From Bugula neritina (taxonomy: Eukaryota > Animalia > Bryozoa), in the NCBI GenBank assembly GCA_964035545.1, contig OZ037765.1, positions 4,908,698 through 4,972,697 of the forward strand: a stretch of DNA of 64,000 bases, given 5' to 3'. The notes beneath the pieces were generated by a model. It made no database searches and was not told the DNA's origin. It saw only the letters and a list, made by a program, of their open reading frames with translations. Positions 37,601 through 51,950 of the stretch are shown here, one piece after another; the stretch's first letter is position 1; the number at the start of each line of letters is the position of its first letter. The position numbers and the translations under genes are program-made.

Positions 37601-40600
37601 AATATTGTACACCAAATTACTAACTTATTAACGCCTCTCCTCAATGACTTAAATACCCTAAACTGAAAGTAGAACTAGATAACCTAACTTCATACAATTT
37701 CACGTCCATTTCAACAACTTTTTCCACAAATTTAGTTCAAAAAATAATATTTAATAAAGTGAAGCTAACTAATTTTTGTTGTAAAATCTGCAAAAAATTT
37801 CTTGGGGAAAAAACCAAATAGAAGAAACATAAATTACTGCATTGCAGGGGTATTGCATAGTCGTTGTAGCCTGGTAGAGAATATAATTTGTAAGTAAAGA
37901 TGAAGTTGTGTTACCTCCTCGAGAATCTCTCTTTTCTTAGCTAAGGCGGCAATGACAGCGTCATGTATGGTGAGATATATCTTGTCCTGTGGTACCTTCT
38001 CGTAGAAACTGCATCTCCTGAACATGTCTCTAACGGCCGCTAAAAACAGGAGACTTGGATACTGAGTGAGTAGCTAACAGTGAGTAGCAGTAACTAACAA
38101 TAACTAAAAGTGAGTAAGAGTGAGTAATAGTGAGTAGCAGTGAGTAACTAACAGTGAGTAACAGTGAGTAACTAACAATAACTAACAGTGAATAACAGTG
38201 ACCAGTGAGTATTGATGAGTGATTATAAAATAAGTGGCTTAGCATAACAAAATGACGAATGCTCGCTCAACAATAAAATTGGGCAGCTTGAAAATAACTT
38301 CTACCTGTTTAACAAATAAAGTATGAAACCTTTTAGAAAATAAATTTTTTAGTTTTTAAACATTGTACAAGTATTAAATACTATACAAGCGTAGGAATAG
38401 GTTACTGATGTTACCTTTACAGTTGACCAGGAAAACATCTATATCAACATCGCTGTATTCTTGGTAAACCTACAAAAATACAAAATAACTGCAAAAGCTC
38501 TTTGGCTTATAATTATGAACTGAAAACTGCACTACTGCAATGATAGTTAACAGTGTAATTATAGACAATAAAACAACACTGCAATAGGGCTTTACTGCTC
38601 ATAGGCACACCGATGCAATGTTGCCATATAAATAGTGAAACGTCAGTATTTTTGCCCCAACTTACAGATTTAAGCATGTTAACCCCCACAGAGTCGACGT
38701 AGCTCATCATGCTACAGTCTACAATGATGTGCTGAATTTCAGACTTAGGCCAGCCATCTCTCTTGTTGGCTGGAATCACATCTATGTTGTCACTGTCTTT
38801 ACCAATCAGATCTGTCTGGTTATCCAAAGAAGGAGCTCTCTGGAATAGAAGTACAGAATTGTATTTGAGTTTTATTATTAAAAGTTTGCTGTCGATAGCG
38901 CCAAGCTGTTTGTCATCTTGTATACAGATAGCTGATACAGCAACCATTTGATAATATATAATGTGATAACTTTTCTTGACATTTGATTATATACATTATA
39001 TAAATAAATAATATTGCAGTATAGTTAGAACTGTTAAGATAGATAGACAGTGAAGAACAAACAGATCATGAGTGCAATAGAAAGAACAGACAAGCAGTTG
39101 AAACAGAACAAGAGATATTTGTAGCCCAACTCTCTAACATCGTGTTAGCCTCTATAGTATACCTGAATGTCTCGCGATATCCATGCCTCCATGCGTGTCT
39201 TAGAGCCAAACTAACACAAATAAGTTTTAAACCGTAAAAAAGCAATATAAGTAGTGATAACCTTTAAAAATTATTCAAAATTATATAAAAATATGCCAAA
39301 CAAAATAATAACTAAAGTGTGCCTGTGTGTATTGGGGAGATATTTGCTTATAATAAACATTCTGGAGGTCAAGAAATCTCATATCCGAAACTTTTTCACT
39401 ATAACTCAACTTTTGATTTGAAAGAAAACTTAATATTAACATCTTTCTTTTTTATTTATTGAAATTGTTATATCTGATATCAAAATAAAGATTGCAGAGT
39501 TGAATGGGAAAAGATAAAACAGTTCTCATTACCTCGCTTTCCACGTCAGTAGTGTACTTTTCAGCTCTTTTCTTTCTAAGTGCTCGAGCTTTCTCTTCTT
39601 CTTTAATCTCCTTGTTGACTTTAGACTGGATCTTAGCTCTCATCAACTTGATGGTTCTTGGGTTAACTGAAATATCAATATTACACAGTAAAGTACTAAG
39701 TACTAAGAGTTACTAAATATAGCTTACTAAAATGTTAATATTACACAGTAAAGTACTGAGTTACTGAATATAACTTTTCAAAAGTGTTTGGTACTGCAAC
39801 TCACAACTATTTACACGCAGTCAACAGAGAGTAAACTAAAGTAATATTTTATGCAGATCCAGTTAAAATGCCTAGTTTTCAAATTAACGGCATTTTATAC
39901 CTAAATAGAATCTAAAAGGAAACAAGATAAAGTTGTAAAAGATAAAACATACTTTAGAAGTTTGTTAAGTTAAAAAGCTGTTTCATGCATTTACTAGTTT
40001 TGGAATCTCAATTTTAATGTTTTTAATCAAAAAATCTGGTTGGTAACAACTTTTAACTTCAATTAACACTATTCAAGTACAAATATTAAAATTTATAAAT
40101 AAATGCTAAGAACTAAATATTGAAAACAAGTCTAAAATTAAAATAAAACTTCTAATGTTACAAATTAAGATGAATAAAACACTACCATCTTATTTATATA
40201 AAATATCTTCACCACTAAGATACTGACAACTACAAGAGCTAGTAAACATTTAAAGAATAGCCAAAGAAGTTGTCTTACCAGTAGTAAGTTTGTAGAGCTT
40301 CTTACGGAAATGTTCTACATTTGCATAGTAGAGTGAAGCATCTATTCTGAATATCTTAATACCGGGTACTTCCTGTACGGTAGTGTAGATGGACTTGTCT
40401 TTGTAGAGGTCAGTGTGAGGTACTCGAGCTAAGACGGTGGTATTGGGGCTAAAATTGATATTTGCCAAATGTCACAATAGCATGACCATATTATATACTG
40501 TAGATGTGGATGGATGAATGAAGTGTACTAAGTTAGAGTAGATATTATGATAAGAAAAGACTCCATTGAGCATAGTGTATATAGTATTCAGTGAAGTTGA

Positions 40601-43600
40601 CTAAAATACGTGTATAGAATACAAATTAGCTGTAAGAGCTGAAAACTCAAAGTATATATTTATAACTAAAACAATGGTTATACGTTTATCCATTGCCCAG
40701 ATTTCACTCTTAAAAAGCACAATTCACGTAACATTTATGCTTTCAATATAATGCTAAGGAACAAAACTAAATTAAAAAAATAGCAATTCAATCTAAAAAA
40801 ACTATTATTGAAATTCTATAATGACTTGGTTGCATTATTTTTAAAATATATAGAAAATGACACTTTGATACAGCTACATCTTAATTTAGCCTTAGTTACA
40901 TAAGTCAACTTACTATTGCGTTCGGAATACCACAGTAAGCAATCCAAAGATAACTCCGACTGCAAGGCCTAAGTCTACGTCTAATATAACCACAGCCAGC
41001 CACGACACCAGCCATATTAACTGCGAAATCAATGACAAATATGATTGATGAGAATATTGATATGGCTGCAGTTAAATTAATTGCCAAATAGTTGACATTT
41101 TCAAAATGATTAATTACAGTTAGAAAACTTATTTTAGTAATAAAATAGTATTGCAAAATTGTGTTTGAACACCTGAAAATTTTTCTATGAAATATGAATC
41201 GAGGAGGCGTTTTGTTTTTTATGATCAACAAAAAAGCATTTGCAAACAGAGTTCAGCTATTTTGAATCTGAGACAAGAATTAAAGTCAATAATAAAGAAT
41301 ATAAAAATGGCACACACCCATACAAAGAGGGAGAGCAGAATCTTTCAAAATTTGCACATATTCTTTTAGAAAATCATATAAAAAGTGCCTGAAATTTTTT
41401 TTCCCTTTATGTACAACTCATTGATTTCCAAATAAATTTAAATGTTAATACCATTACAATTGGAATACAAAACATAAACTCTTGATAATAAATTATCAAA
41501 ATTATTGCAAGTTTATGTAAATTGATCATTTAGCCAACTAGAAAAAAGAAAATATTTGCAGCGGACCGACATTTCTTAGAGGATAAGAAAGATAAAACTC
41601 ACAAAGTCATAGTAGGAGATGTACCACAGTCTCTTCAGCTCTGTAAACTGTTTGAACATTCCTTTCAGGGCCACAAGAATAATGGCTGCCAGAACACTCT
41701 GAAATGTTATAAAATTCACTCATGAATAGAATAATACAATCATTTATATTTTACTGACTGGTGATTGTGTTTTTTCAAAACAAACTGCATATTTATTAAA
41801 CTATTGATATAAAATGTAGATATCTGCTTTGGAATAGTTTGTTGTTTATACTCAGTTGAAGGTTTATTACTGAGTGTTAACATTGCAGAGTTATATGATT
41901 TAAAGATGAACTAATACAAATGATTAAATGAACAGCTTTTATTTAAAAGAAAAATTAAATAAAAAAGAAACTCTTAGGTATTGCATTGTATTTAAGGGAG
42001 CAGTAGTGGTTTAGGAGTTAGTAAGCAAGACGTCATGGGTTCAAATCACAGCAAAGGCCATTGGTGATGTTAGGAAGAGCATCCAGTAATAATTGCTCTT
42101 TTGCCACATCTGAATAAGTTCTTAGCCCGATTTAATAATAACCATTTTCATCAGAAGTTCTCACAGGGATAGTGAGCCTAAACTTGCGGGAGTTTTATTT
42201 GTAAAAATATTGTATTTAATGGAGGACAGTCCTAACAAGTAAATGTTACAGTAAAATAGAGCATACGTACATTTGGCAGAGTTCCAAAGTAGGGTCCAAT
42301 AGCCACTAACACTATAAGAATGAGAGAACTTGAGATGAGTCCAGCAATCTGGGACTTTCCGCCCTGATTGTCCTGCACGGCGCTACGACTCAACGAGGCA
42401 CACGACGTGAAGCAGCTGAAGAAAGAGCCAAAGATGTTGGCCAAGCCATGAGCTAACAATTCCTAAAACACAGTCAACACTTATTAATATAAACTCACAA
42501 GAATGCTACTTACTAGAATCTGAACAGCCCAGGATTCAGAATGCGTGTGAACACCTGTAAGTGAACATCATATTGTAAACTAACCACAAACAACAACACT
42601 CGGTCAGTTACAGAACAATTGGTCTAAGAACATTTCTTAGAAACCTAAACCTTAAAATATTAGATATGTATAAAAATTTCAAATTAGTTTTTAATTCCAT
42701 ATTCTTTGAAATTCACCATACAATACTAGTAAATAATTAACTAATGCATATTAATCACAAATGGAGACAATGGCAGGCTATTTTTACCCTACATGTATGT
42801 AAGTAAGAAGGTTAGCTTACCCACACAATAAAAAATCGCCACATTCACATTACAAATTCCAAACTTGCTAAAATGGAAAGTTTGACTGTACAAGTGATAT
42901 GACATTGCCTAAACAAACCTGATCAGCATCAATTTCATAGTTGTGTTTCTTGGCAAATATCTTAGACATGGAGACGGAGATGGCAAACGCCACAACCGCT
43001 ATAGTGATAGCGTTAGGGAGCAGAGAGGGGACTGAACTGGTGAGCTCAGGAGCAGACGGCTGAGGAAAACTGCAAGCAAAAAGCAATAATTCACTTCACA
43101 CTCATGTATGTATAGTTTACAGTTAATTATTTAGAAATCTTTTAAGAATAATGAATGGGTTGTAGCTTAAAGCAGGTAAAGTGATTATAGACCTAATATT
43201 CCCATTTAGACTGTGTCCTTTGAAAAATTTTACTTACTAGAAGAAAAAATGGCAGTTGAATTTTTCAACAAACCACTGCATAGATTGTAATAGAAAATTC
43301 TAGAAAAAGCCAATATATGGTACAATTACTAAACTGATATTGCAAGCTGGCTGAGGTTACATCACTAGATAAACTGATAGAATGTGGAGAGTTTCACATA
43401 TTTCGTTGGTGGGAAAGTCATAAGTAATTCAATGCATAATGCAATTTTGGCACCAAAACAAAAGATTGGCATTTTAGACAATGCTAGCTAAAATAGCCCA
43501 GTTCATGCTTGCTGCACACCTGTACAGGTGTAGCAAGGTGACATGTAGCACAGGTAGATCACTCACCCAACAGGTATAGTGCCTAGCGTAGAGACTGAAA

Positions 43601-46600
43601 AATTTTCTTTCAGGTTAGCCAAGTAGGATATGAGGGTGCCCAATATTACCTTCAAAACACCAGCATGTTGTCAGTATAAAAACAGTATGCAACCGTCTGT
43701 TATGACAGATATGTATTATCGTTCAATAAAAAATTAAATACATGATTTATGTGAGGTATTCCAAAAAATAACCAAAAGTTTCACACGAGCAAATATTGGA
43801 ATAATAAACAATTGAGTCATTTGGTTATAACACTTTGATTCGTGAATCAAAATTTGGACTTAAGTAAGACAAATGTGTGTTTATTTATGACAAAAACCCA
43901 TTTATTATATTACTTGAGTTATTGCATCTACCTATTAAACCTTCAAAACAAAACTATATATATTATGGCACAATATCTCTACGTCATTGTGACCCAGAAT
44001 TAAAAAAATATTATTTTAAGGCTAAAATAGGACTTTTGATGAATAAAGTGTAAAGAATTAAAAAAGGAACAAAAAAATACTCACCACAATTAAGTCAATA
44101 GGCACTGGCATTTTCATTTTACTCTTGAATCTGTCATTGATACACTCTTTGACTAGTACCAGGCTCACAATACATATGGCAGCGATAATTAGCTCCGCCC
44201 AGTTTATCGTAGCGATATTCTCAAACAGGTTGATGTATGTCTAAAAAATTAATATAGAAATAAAAGTAAGCGCCAGAGAACTATGTTCTAGAATGATAAA
44301 ACACAATACCAAAGACATTCCTCTATTTAAAGTTTGACACTCTCACAAAAAAGAGTGAATACTGGATTAATCAATATAAATTAGATATCCATCGATCACA
44401 ACTTTATAAAAATATAACCTGAAAATAAAGTTTGTGCTTTACATCATTATTCTAAAGATAGTTACATGTTGATAAATAAATAACAAAGTTGCAAGTTGAC
44501 AAACTTAAAAAATAACTAGTATAATCTAATGCTTATCTTATCAACATCACCCATAAGGTGCAGCTACAATGACTGGCAAGTTACTAAGAAACTTGCAATT
44601 GGAAGTTATAAAATAAAACATGTTTATACAATGAATGCCACAACACTGATACTGTGGGGTACAGACGGTTGTGGGTTACAGCACATTACGTAATATTACA
44701 ACATATTGACAGCATATGATAATATTTCCGATATGTTTGTAGCCGTCCAAGCAGAAGAGGTACCATTAAATACTAGCCTTGATAAGTTTTAGAGCTCCAT
44801 TGTATCTGTCCACTTTGATGCCAAACACATATTTAACCTGACTGGTGAAAACGTGGCAGGCAGCACCAGTAGTGAACCCACTAATCAGAGGGTCTGCGAG
44901 GTAGATGGTAACGAATCCCAGTTTTAAGAATCCCATTAAAATCTGCAATAAAAGTAATGAGTAATAAACACAGCGACATGTGATCAGTATTATGCCTTCC
45001 TTCTTAGGTGTATCAAAAAAGCCATTAAGTAGAATATAATAGCGTATAATATACTTTCAGTCTGCTAAATAACCAGTTAATCATATAACTTGTAAGCAAG
45101 ACGGATGTGTATACATTTAATCTCATGTTTACGGCAGTCAGAATTTATTGAGATGGATATCTCTAGGGCCTTCTGTATAACTCTTTGTTACCAAATACTG
45201 CACCCAGTTAACTCTCTTTGTAACAACTCATCATAGAAGATATGACATGAGGAACTAGGAATTGCAATACACATCTTGTATATAGTATCACTACATTACA
45301 ATTGATTACATTATAATCTACTACTCAATATTTTTACTATGAACAAAAAGTGAAAAAAATACCTTCATAGAGTGTTGAATGAATTTTCTAATTTAAAGTT
45401 TTTCTGAATATACTTAGTTTACTATCCACCAACGTACAGTGTGTGTGTGAATGAAGGACTAAAGGCATCTACTCAGTTTAAGTGAGGCGAGAAACATATA
45501 TCTATATAAAAAACTCATGCAGGTTTATAGTCACTATCCCTGTGAGAAACCCCTGATGGAAAGGGTCTTTGTTAAATCTAGCTAAAGACTTATTTGTATG
45601 TGGCACAGGAGCAATTATGACTGGATGCTCTTCCTAACATCACCAATAGCCTTTGTCGGGGTTTGAACCCATGACTTCGTGCTTACAAAGCACACGCTCT
45701 AACCCCTAGACCACGGCTGTATATATCAATATATTATGTATATATTTCAACACATTTGACCTTGACATTGCATGCAACAAGCAACACACCTGGCAGAGTC
45801 CTACGAGTAAAGTGAGAGTTGTAGCTGTTGCCAGGCGACACTTCAACTCCTCCGCTGACATCTCCGCAGGCCCGGCAGCAATAGTCGTACTCATATTCAT
45901 AGCCGCTGCCATCGTAGTTGTGCCATTATCCATAAAACTACTGGTCGTGTAGTTTTGACTCCCGTCAGACGATACGGCATCGCTGACAGCCGTTGTTGAA
46001 CTCAAACATTTATCCATTTGACTTTCCACAGCTCCGCCCACCATCAAACTCACCACAGCAAATGTACCTGGAACAAGACATCATTGCTGAACTAGTCACC
46101 AGTAACTGTAGTAGCTTTTCTCGACGATTAAATGAAGTAAAATGCAGTGAAATAGACTCACCAACTGAGATGTGACGGGATCCACCAAAGAAAAAGTATA
46201 TGAGTACGGGGAAGAAGGATACATAGAGTCCAAATATCGGAGGCATTGATGCAAGCAAGGCATAGGCCATTCCTGCAAGTAAATATATTTACATGCAAAT
46301 GAGCTGAGAATTGGAACACATCGTGAACATGATGGACAAATAATTGTTAACATGGACAAAAAATTAAAAACTATAAAAAATTGAAAAATCCAGGATAATT
46401 ATCGGAAAATCCTAATCATATTAATCATATGCAGAGTATGAGGAATTATTTCTACTACTCGCTATTCCAATGGGCAATTATAAAACTCTACGGCCAATCA
46501 GTCGAATGTTCAAACTATTACTGTACAAATTTGTCATGATTAATCTTGAAAATGAAAGAATATGTATAAGACAAAGGAGGTGTAGCACATGATTTACTTG

Positions 46601-47657
46601 TTGAAAAGGCAGTTAATAGATTAGAAAAAGTCTTACAGACAGGATATGCGAAAACCGCAGAACCTGCTATAATCCACTTATTAGCAGGAATATAATTGTT
46701 TGAAAAGTATGATAAATCTATAGGGAGACAGGAGATTATTGAATAGTAAATCTTATAGTCTATGTGACTTGACACTAGCGTTCTAGAAAATTCAACTCTT
46801 AAGGAGAAGTACATGAATTTCAACTTCTAAACTTCAAAGACAATGCTCATTGATGAACTCAAAATAGTATTAATTTTAGAAATTTACCAAATTTTATTAT
46901 TACTAATATTATTATTAGCTATTATTTAATAAATTGTCAATAAAGCAAATGTATAACACTAATAAGTGAGATAGGTGCAGTAATGGAGAAATTGAGGAAA
47001 GCCTGTGTTCTAGATTAGAAATGTAACATAAGAAGTTGTGTTCTCACAATAATTTCAACTCGCACCCCAAACCACAATTTAATAACATAGTTAAAGAACT
47101 TAGGCTGTCTTAATTTCTCCACTACTGCTCCTAAATGTTATAAGTTGTGCAAAGGTAAAGTTACCTTGTGGTATGTTCATGATGCCGACAGTCAGGCCTG
47201 CAATCACATCCCCGGGTAGATCTTCCCGAGGGCTATAGTTCTTCATTATATTTATAAATGGCAGCGTTTTATACATGAAGTCTTTCCAACATTTCTTTGA
47301 ACAATCACACGTGAAGCATTTCCGAACTTTCTCCTTAAAGTTGAAATCTTCCTGACCTTGCAAATCGAAGCCAGTGTCAAAATGCTCCTGTGTATAGACG
47401 GGACGAGCTACGTTGACCGTGTTGCTCTTCTGTGCCACGGCTAGAGAGGTGGTGGAGTAGTCCTGAGACTTACGCTTACCGAACCTCCAATTGAAAGGGT
47501 TGAAGAGCTTCCTGGTGGAGCCGTGAGTGTCGGTGGTCTGCATGACACTCGTCGACCTATCCCGGTAGGCCCGCCCACCCGGAATCTCCATTATCGTTTC
47601 ATCGATATTGGAGGCCGTAGCCGATCGAGGCTTTCTAATGTCTTTAAACTCGCTCAT
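34617..47657 (-). CDS. SLC26A5: SLC26 family anion exchanger/sulfate transporter with STAS domain (prestin/pendrin/SLC26A6-like); ~950 aa
   Basis: Phase-consistent exons: 47165-47657, 46162-46272, 45790-46067, 44778-44942 (GC donor), 44085-44240, 43567-43649, 42919-43069, 42271-42462, 41603-41698, 40914-41020, 40279-40448, 39533-39666, 39163-39210, 38666-38839, 38415-38469, 37915-38039, 36078-36248, 34617-34760. Motifs [58 protein letters not shown]; STAS motifs [31 protein letters not shown]. Exact paralog is uncertain. Confidence 0.88.
34761..35880. repeat. Minisatellite, 20-bp unit gagtagtgagtatacagtga, ~55 copies
   Basis: Directly visible tandem array with recurring variants (tatgcaatgt, cagtaa, gtgaa). 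Confidence 0.97.
36967..37122. repeat. Minisatellite, 17-bp unit aacag(t/g)ggtgt(a/g)ctg(c/t)(t/c), ~9 copies
   Basis: Visible tandem array. Confidence 0.9.
38060..38215. repeat. Degenerate repeat of aacagtgagtaact
   Basis: Visible, adjacent to the acceptor at 38040. Confidence 0.8.
41996..42192 (+). mobile_element. tRNA-derived SINE with a small deletion in the head
   Basis: gggagcag...catgggttcaaatc...ggccattggtgatgttaggaagagcatccag...tctcacagggatag; matches the 3531 copy. Confidence 0.85.
45513..45719 (-). mobile_element. tRNA-derived SINE
   Basis: Reverse complement of the same family (ctggatgctcttcctaacatcaccaat; gctctaacccctagaccacg). Confidence 0.88.
46970..47082 (+). repeat. Dispersed repeat, diverged copies also at 20979-21078 and 51261-51325
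   Basis: Shared taggtgcagtaatgnagaaattgagnaaagc...tgtntagat...aatgtaaca and agaagttntgttc blocks. Confidence 0.7.
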
Positions 47658-48789
47658 TTTATCTACAAAGTTTCAACACCAAACGATATACAATCTCCTG
47701 TCCTTAACTCCAGGTAGAAATTTTGAAATTGACTTTTTTGCTGTTTGAATATAATTAGCATAACAAGATTGACATTAAATTTATTCATAATGTTTTCTGT
47801 CACCTCTGTTCCCACAAGGTGCTGTTTGCGGCTTAAGTCGTCAGATATTCATAAAATATAATGAACGTGAAAGTTGTATAATATATTAGTTCAATATTCT
47901 AAACCAGATATTAGTATACAAAAAAGCCTTACCCACTTACTGCCATGAACTCTATCATATGGTAATTGTAAACATTGTATGACAGTTTTGAATCATCTAC
48001 TGCAATACATCACCAAATGTGATAGCAAGCGATGATGCAATCAAGTGGGCTGTAACCAGCATTGCAGCAATTATGACTAATAAAAGTTTGTGTAAATTTT
48101 TTTATAATAAGTAAAGGAAAGCAAAAACTGCAATAATTTTTCTAGTAATTACCTTCTGCCAAGATGAGTCACTTAGCTGAGTTGATCTCTAATGCTAGCC
48201 TTGGTTCTATCTATAAAAAACATAAACATAGACTGAGAACCTGCCCAACTCCTGACAAGTATGAAACTAGACATAAACATTAACAAGACATCTTGCTAGA
48301 AACACAACATTAAAATCAGAACACAATTTGCTTTCTTCAAAGAGATTCAAATAGTTCATTTACCTTTAAAGAAATGACCCCCATGTCTATTACACTATTG
48401 CAATATGGAAAATGTGTCAAAGTAAAATCAATGTTAGATGTGGTGTTGGTTTTGTTACAGAGCTTCTATGCCTACCAGACCAGATACATTTTGAAAAATC
48501 AATAAAGTTGCTATTGACTGCACTATAGGATAAACACATCATATTAAATTAGAGAGAGGCGCACCTTGGAATAATTATGTTTGTTTTTCCATGAAAAGAG
48601 ACAATTTTCAGCATAAAAAAGTCAATAAAGCTTAAAATTTATAATAAAACTATTTTTTAAACCTGAAATATTTATTTTATCACTCAAACTTTTATCTCTG
48701 CAAGCAAAAGTCATCTTAAAGCAACAACTAAGGTAATTTTGATAACTTTGATATATGCTATAATAAATTATTATGCTGTGATATAGACT

Positions 48790-49210
48790 ACAATACACTA
48801 CATACATATAATACAGTAGAATACATACACTACATTATATACACAATACACTACATGCATTATATACACACAATACGCTACATGCATTATATACACAATG
48901 CACTACATGCAATGCGCTACCATACATGCACTACATACCTAGTATACACCACATGTATTATATTATATACTACATACAAGACACACACTGTACACATTAC
49001 ATGCATCACATGAATTGCATACACTACATATATTACATAGTATATACATTACATAAAATATCACATACACACACTAGAACATGTATCATATAAGCTATAT
49101 ACACTACATACATTACATGTATACACTACATACATTACATAGACTACATACATTACATACACTACAATACATTATATACACTACATATTATACTACATAG
49201 TAAATACAAT
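48790..49210. repeat. Low-complexity (tacactacatacat)-like repeat
   Basis: Visible degenerate array. Confidence 0.8.
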
Positions 49211-51879
49211 ATACAAATCACGAATGAATATTTTCCACTTGTATATAATACTAAGAAAGACATTCTCATAGATTTAATGGTAAATTAGAGTGAAATATTC
49301 ATAACTTCCAGTAGCCAATGCCTCATGATAAACACAGATAAAGGTCCAAAGTTACAACATGCTTCCCTCTAGCTTATGCAAAGTACAAACTTCAACCATT
49401 TTCTTGTATTATTTGCTAACAGATAAATCCAAAATATTTTAGATAACACTTTCTTTGGCCAGCTATGTACATGGGCATCAAGCTTCTATGATACACCAGC
49501 ATTTACCAAGTTTTGTTATTAATAAAGTAATAAATATATTCTCTAGAATGGGAGCTTATAATTTAAACGACATGCAAACATTCATTTAAAAAACTGAAAT
49601 ATACAACATTTAAACATCCCATTAATATTTTTTTTCTATTCAAACATTGCTATAAGCGAACAAAAATTTGATATTGTAGATGCATTATGTGAAGTAATAT
49701 TATAGCTTACCAACTGTGGCTGTTCAAGATAGAGACCAGTTGAAGAGTAAAACACTGAGAGAGACTATTCTGGTCAGCAGAGCTTGGAGGCAGGCAACTG
49801 TATGAGAAAGTGAGAGCATAACAACACAGTAATATATCACCACGCTGCAATTAATCAATGTCACGCACTTACGGCTAGATCTTTCCTGTGTTTTGTACAC
49901 ACAACTACTATACGTTATAAACTTTACCTGAGTATTGTATGGATTAAACGGAGATTAACAAAACATAAAGTATCATAAGACACCAGACTGGTGCAGCGAA
50001 AGAAACATATTAGCTTTACAGAGTAGATTTCAGTGTTTTAACCCTGATGCATTTGATACTAGAAAAGTTAAACATGTTTATAAAAAACAAAAGAAGCTCC
50101 AATTAAAAAATGATAAAAGATTAAATGTAAGAAGGGGGTATTTCGCAAACAATAGATTGTATAGGATGTCTACTCTCGGTGTACATATCAAGCCGACGTA
50201 CACACCACGAGTAGATATTGTTTAACTTACACCTGGTCTGTAGGTCAACCTCACTGGTGTGGGAACACGAGAGCAACTGCCTTAACTATATCTCTAATGA
50301 TATTGCAGCATTCCGAGTGAGACAGACCTTATTTACAGCGGGTTAATCCCCGATAATTCTATAAAATATTCAGCATTACGATAACCTGCCGATAAGGCCA
50401 ACTAGTCATTGCAAACTTTCTATTGCAGTCAACAGAATTTGTATATCTTATCTCGAATTAATGCAAGTGGGTAAAGATAATATTTCGAAATTAATTTGTC
50501 ACAGTATAATAATGCAGGGAACTTGCATAAAAGTCTTTGATCCATCGAGTGTTGACTAGTTTAATTATAATTATTGATCTCTACACTATATCTAACGATA
50601 TCAATGACATCTACAGCATGTCAAAATATAATAAATAGGATATCAATATTAGCTTCGAAGAAAAGTATAATTAAAATCATAATAACTCACCCAAGTCTAC
50701 TTTAGGTACACAAGCACCTGTCAAACTTGGCAGACACTTGTTGCGAAGTGACGCTAATTTTCACTATTCCAGAGTTATATAGAATATGTTAGCACCAGAG
50801 TTTTGAGCACAGGTTCAGGTGGGTAAAAAGCTAATATTATGTCAGCACATAGTCAGCATTCCATTGGAAGTAAAGACGCAGACAGTTGTGTGTTTTGTCA
50901 TCAATTGATCTCTAAACTTGTTCTAGGAACTAAAATCAAGAAACAGTTGCTGGAGAGGTTAGAGAAGCATAAAAACAGGATGCTGGCGGCTTAAGCTTGA
51001 CCATAAATCACCAATAAATGAGTTATTGAATAATCTCCAGTATTTACTTAATCCAACAATGAACTAAGATGCAATATTTACTGTTACACCAAAGTCAGCA
51101 GCTAGAACAACAATGTTGTTAACAATGATTAACATAACATTACCCACTGCAATGATAGAAAAACATAACACACTCATTATTCTAACATGATAATTGTAAA
51201 CATGAAGGTGAGATGCACTTTGAACCATGCGGAGACAATGCTAAGACATGAGGCAAAGGTGGTAGGTGCAGTAATGAAGAAATTGAGAAAAGCTTGTGTT
51301 TTAGATGAAAAATGTAACAGAAAAATGTACATGAAAAGCTGAGTTTTATTCTACTTTTTTTTAAAAATTGTATTAAAAAACTTTCTGAAACCAGCTTGGC
51401 CAACCAAACTTTAAGCAAAGTGTCAAAAATTCAATATAAGAAATAAAAAACACCAATAACTAGAAAAGCTGCCCCTAAAAAGTCAAGTTTTGATTAGATG
51501 AGAACAGGGACGGAAGGAGAAGGATAGGACAAGGAGACATGCAAGAATAAATTAACAACCTACATTTACACACAAAGGTGTTATGTTATCTGTAAAATGT
51601 ATATTAGTTTTCCAGTTATATGATAGACATATACTAAAATGCAAAAGCAGAATATTATGATTACTTGCTACAAAATTTGCATTTAGGAGGAATTTCATTA
51701 GTCTAAGTTCTTCAACTGCTTTTGCGGATTTTGGTTTGAATTGCTGATTGAAAACCTGAGAACACAACAACATTCCATATGAAGAACTGGATTTGAACAA
51801 TTTTTTACTAAAATAAACAGTTGCTTTTTACAGTTACACTCAACAAATTCTCTTTTATTCCAGAAAAACCAAAGACTGA

Positions 51880-51950
51880 GTCCCTTACCATGTTGGCAAC
51901 ATGGTTTGAGGGCTTCTGCTTGGAGATGCCTTTCCTGACATCACCTATGC
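51880..51950 (-). mobile_element. Degenerate fragment of a different SINE sharing the same central core
   Basis: Reverse strand ggtgatgtcaggaaaggcatc resembles the SINE core, followed by a different hairpin (ccatgttgccaacatgg). Confidence 0.45.
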
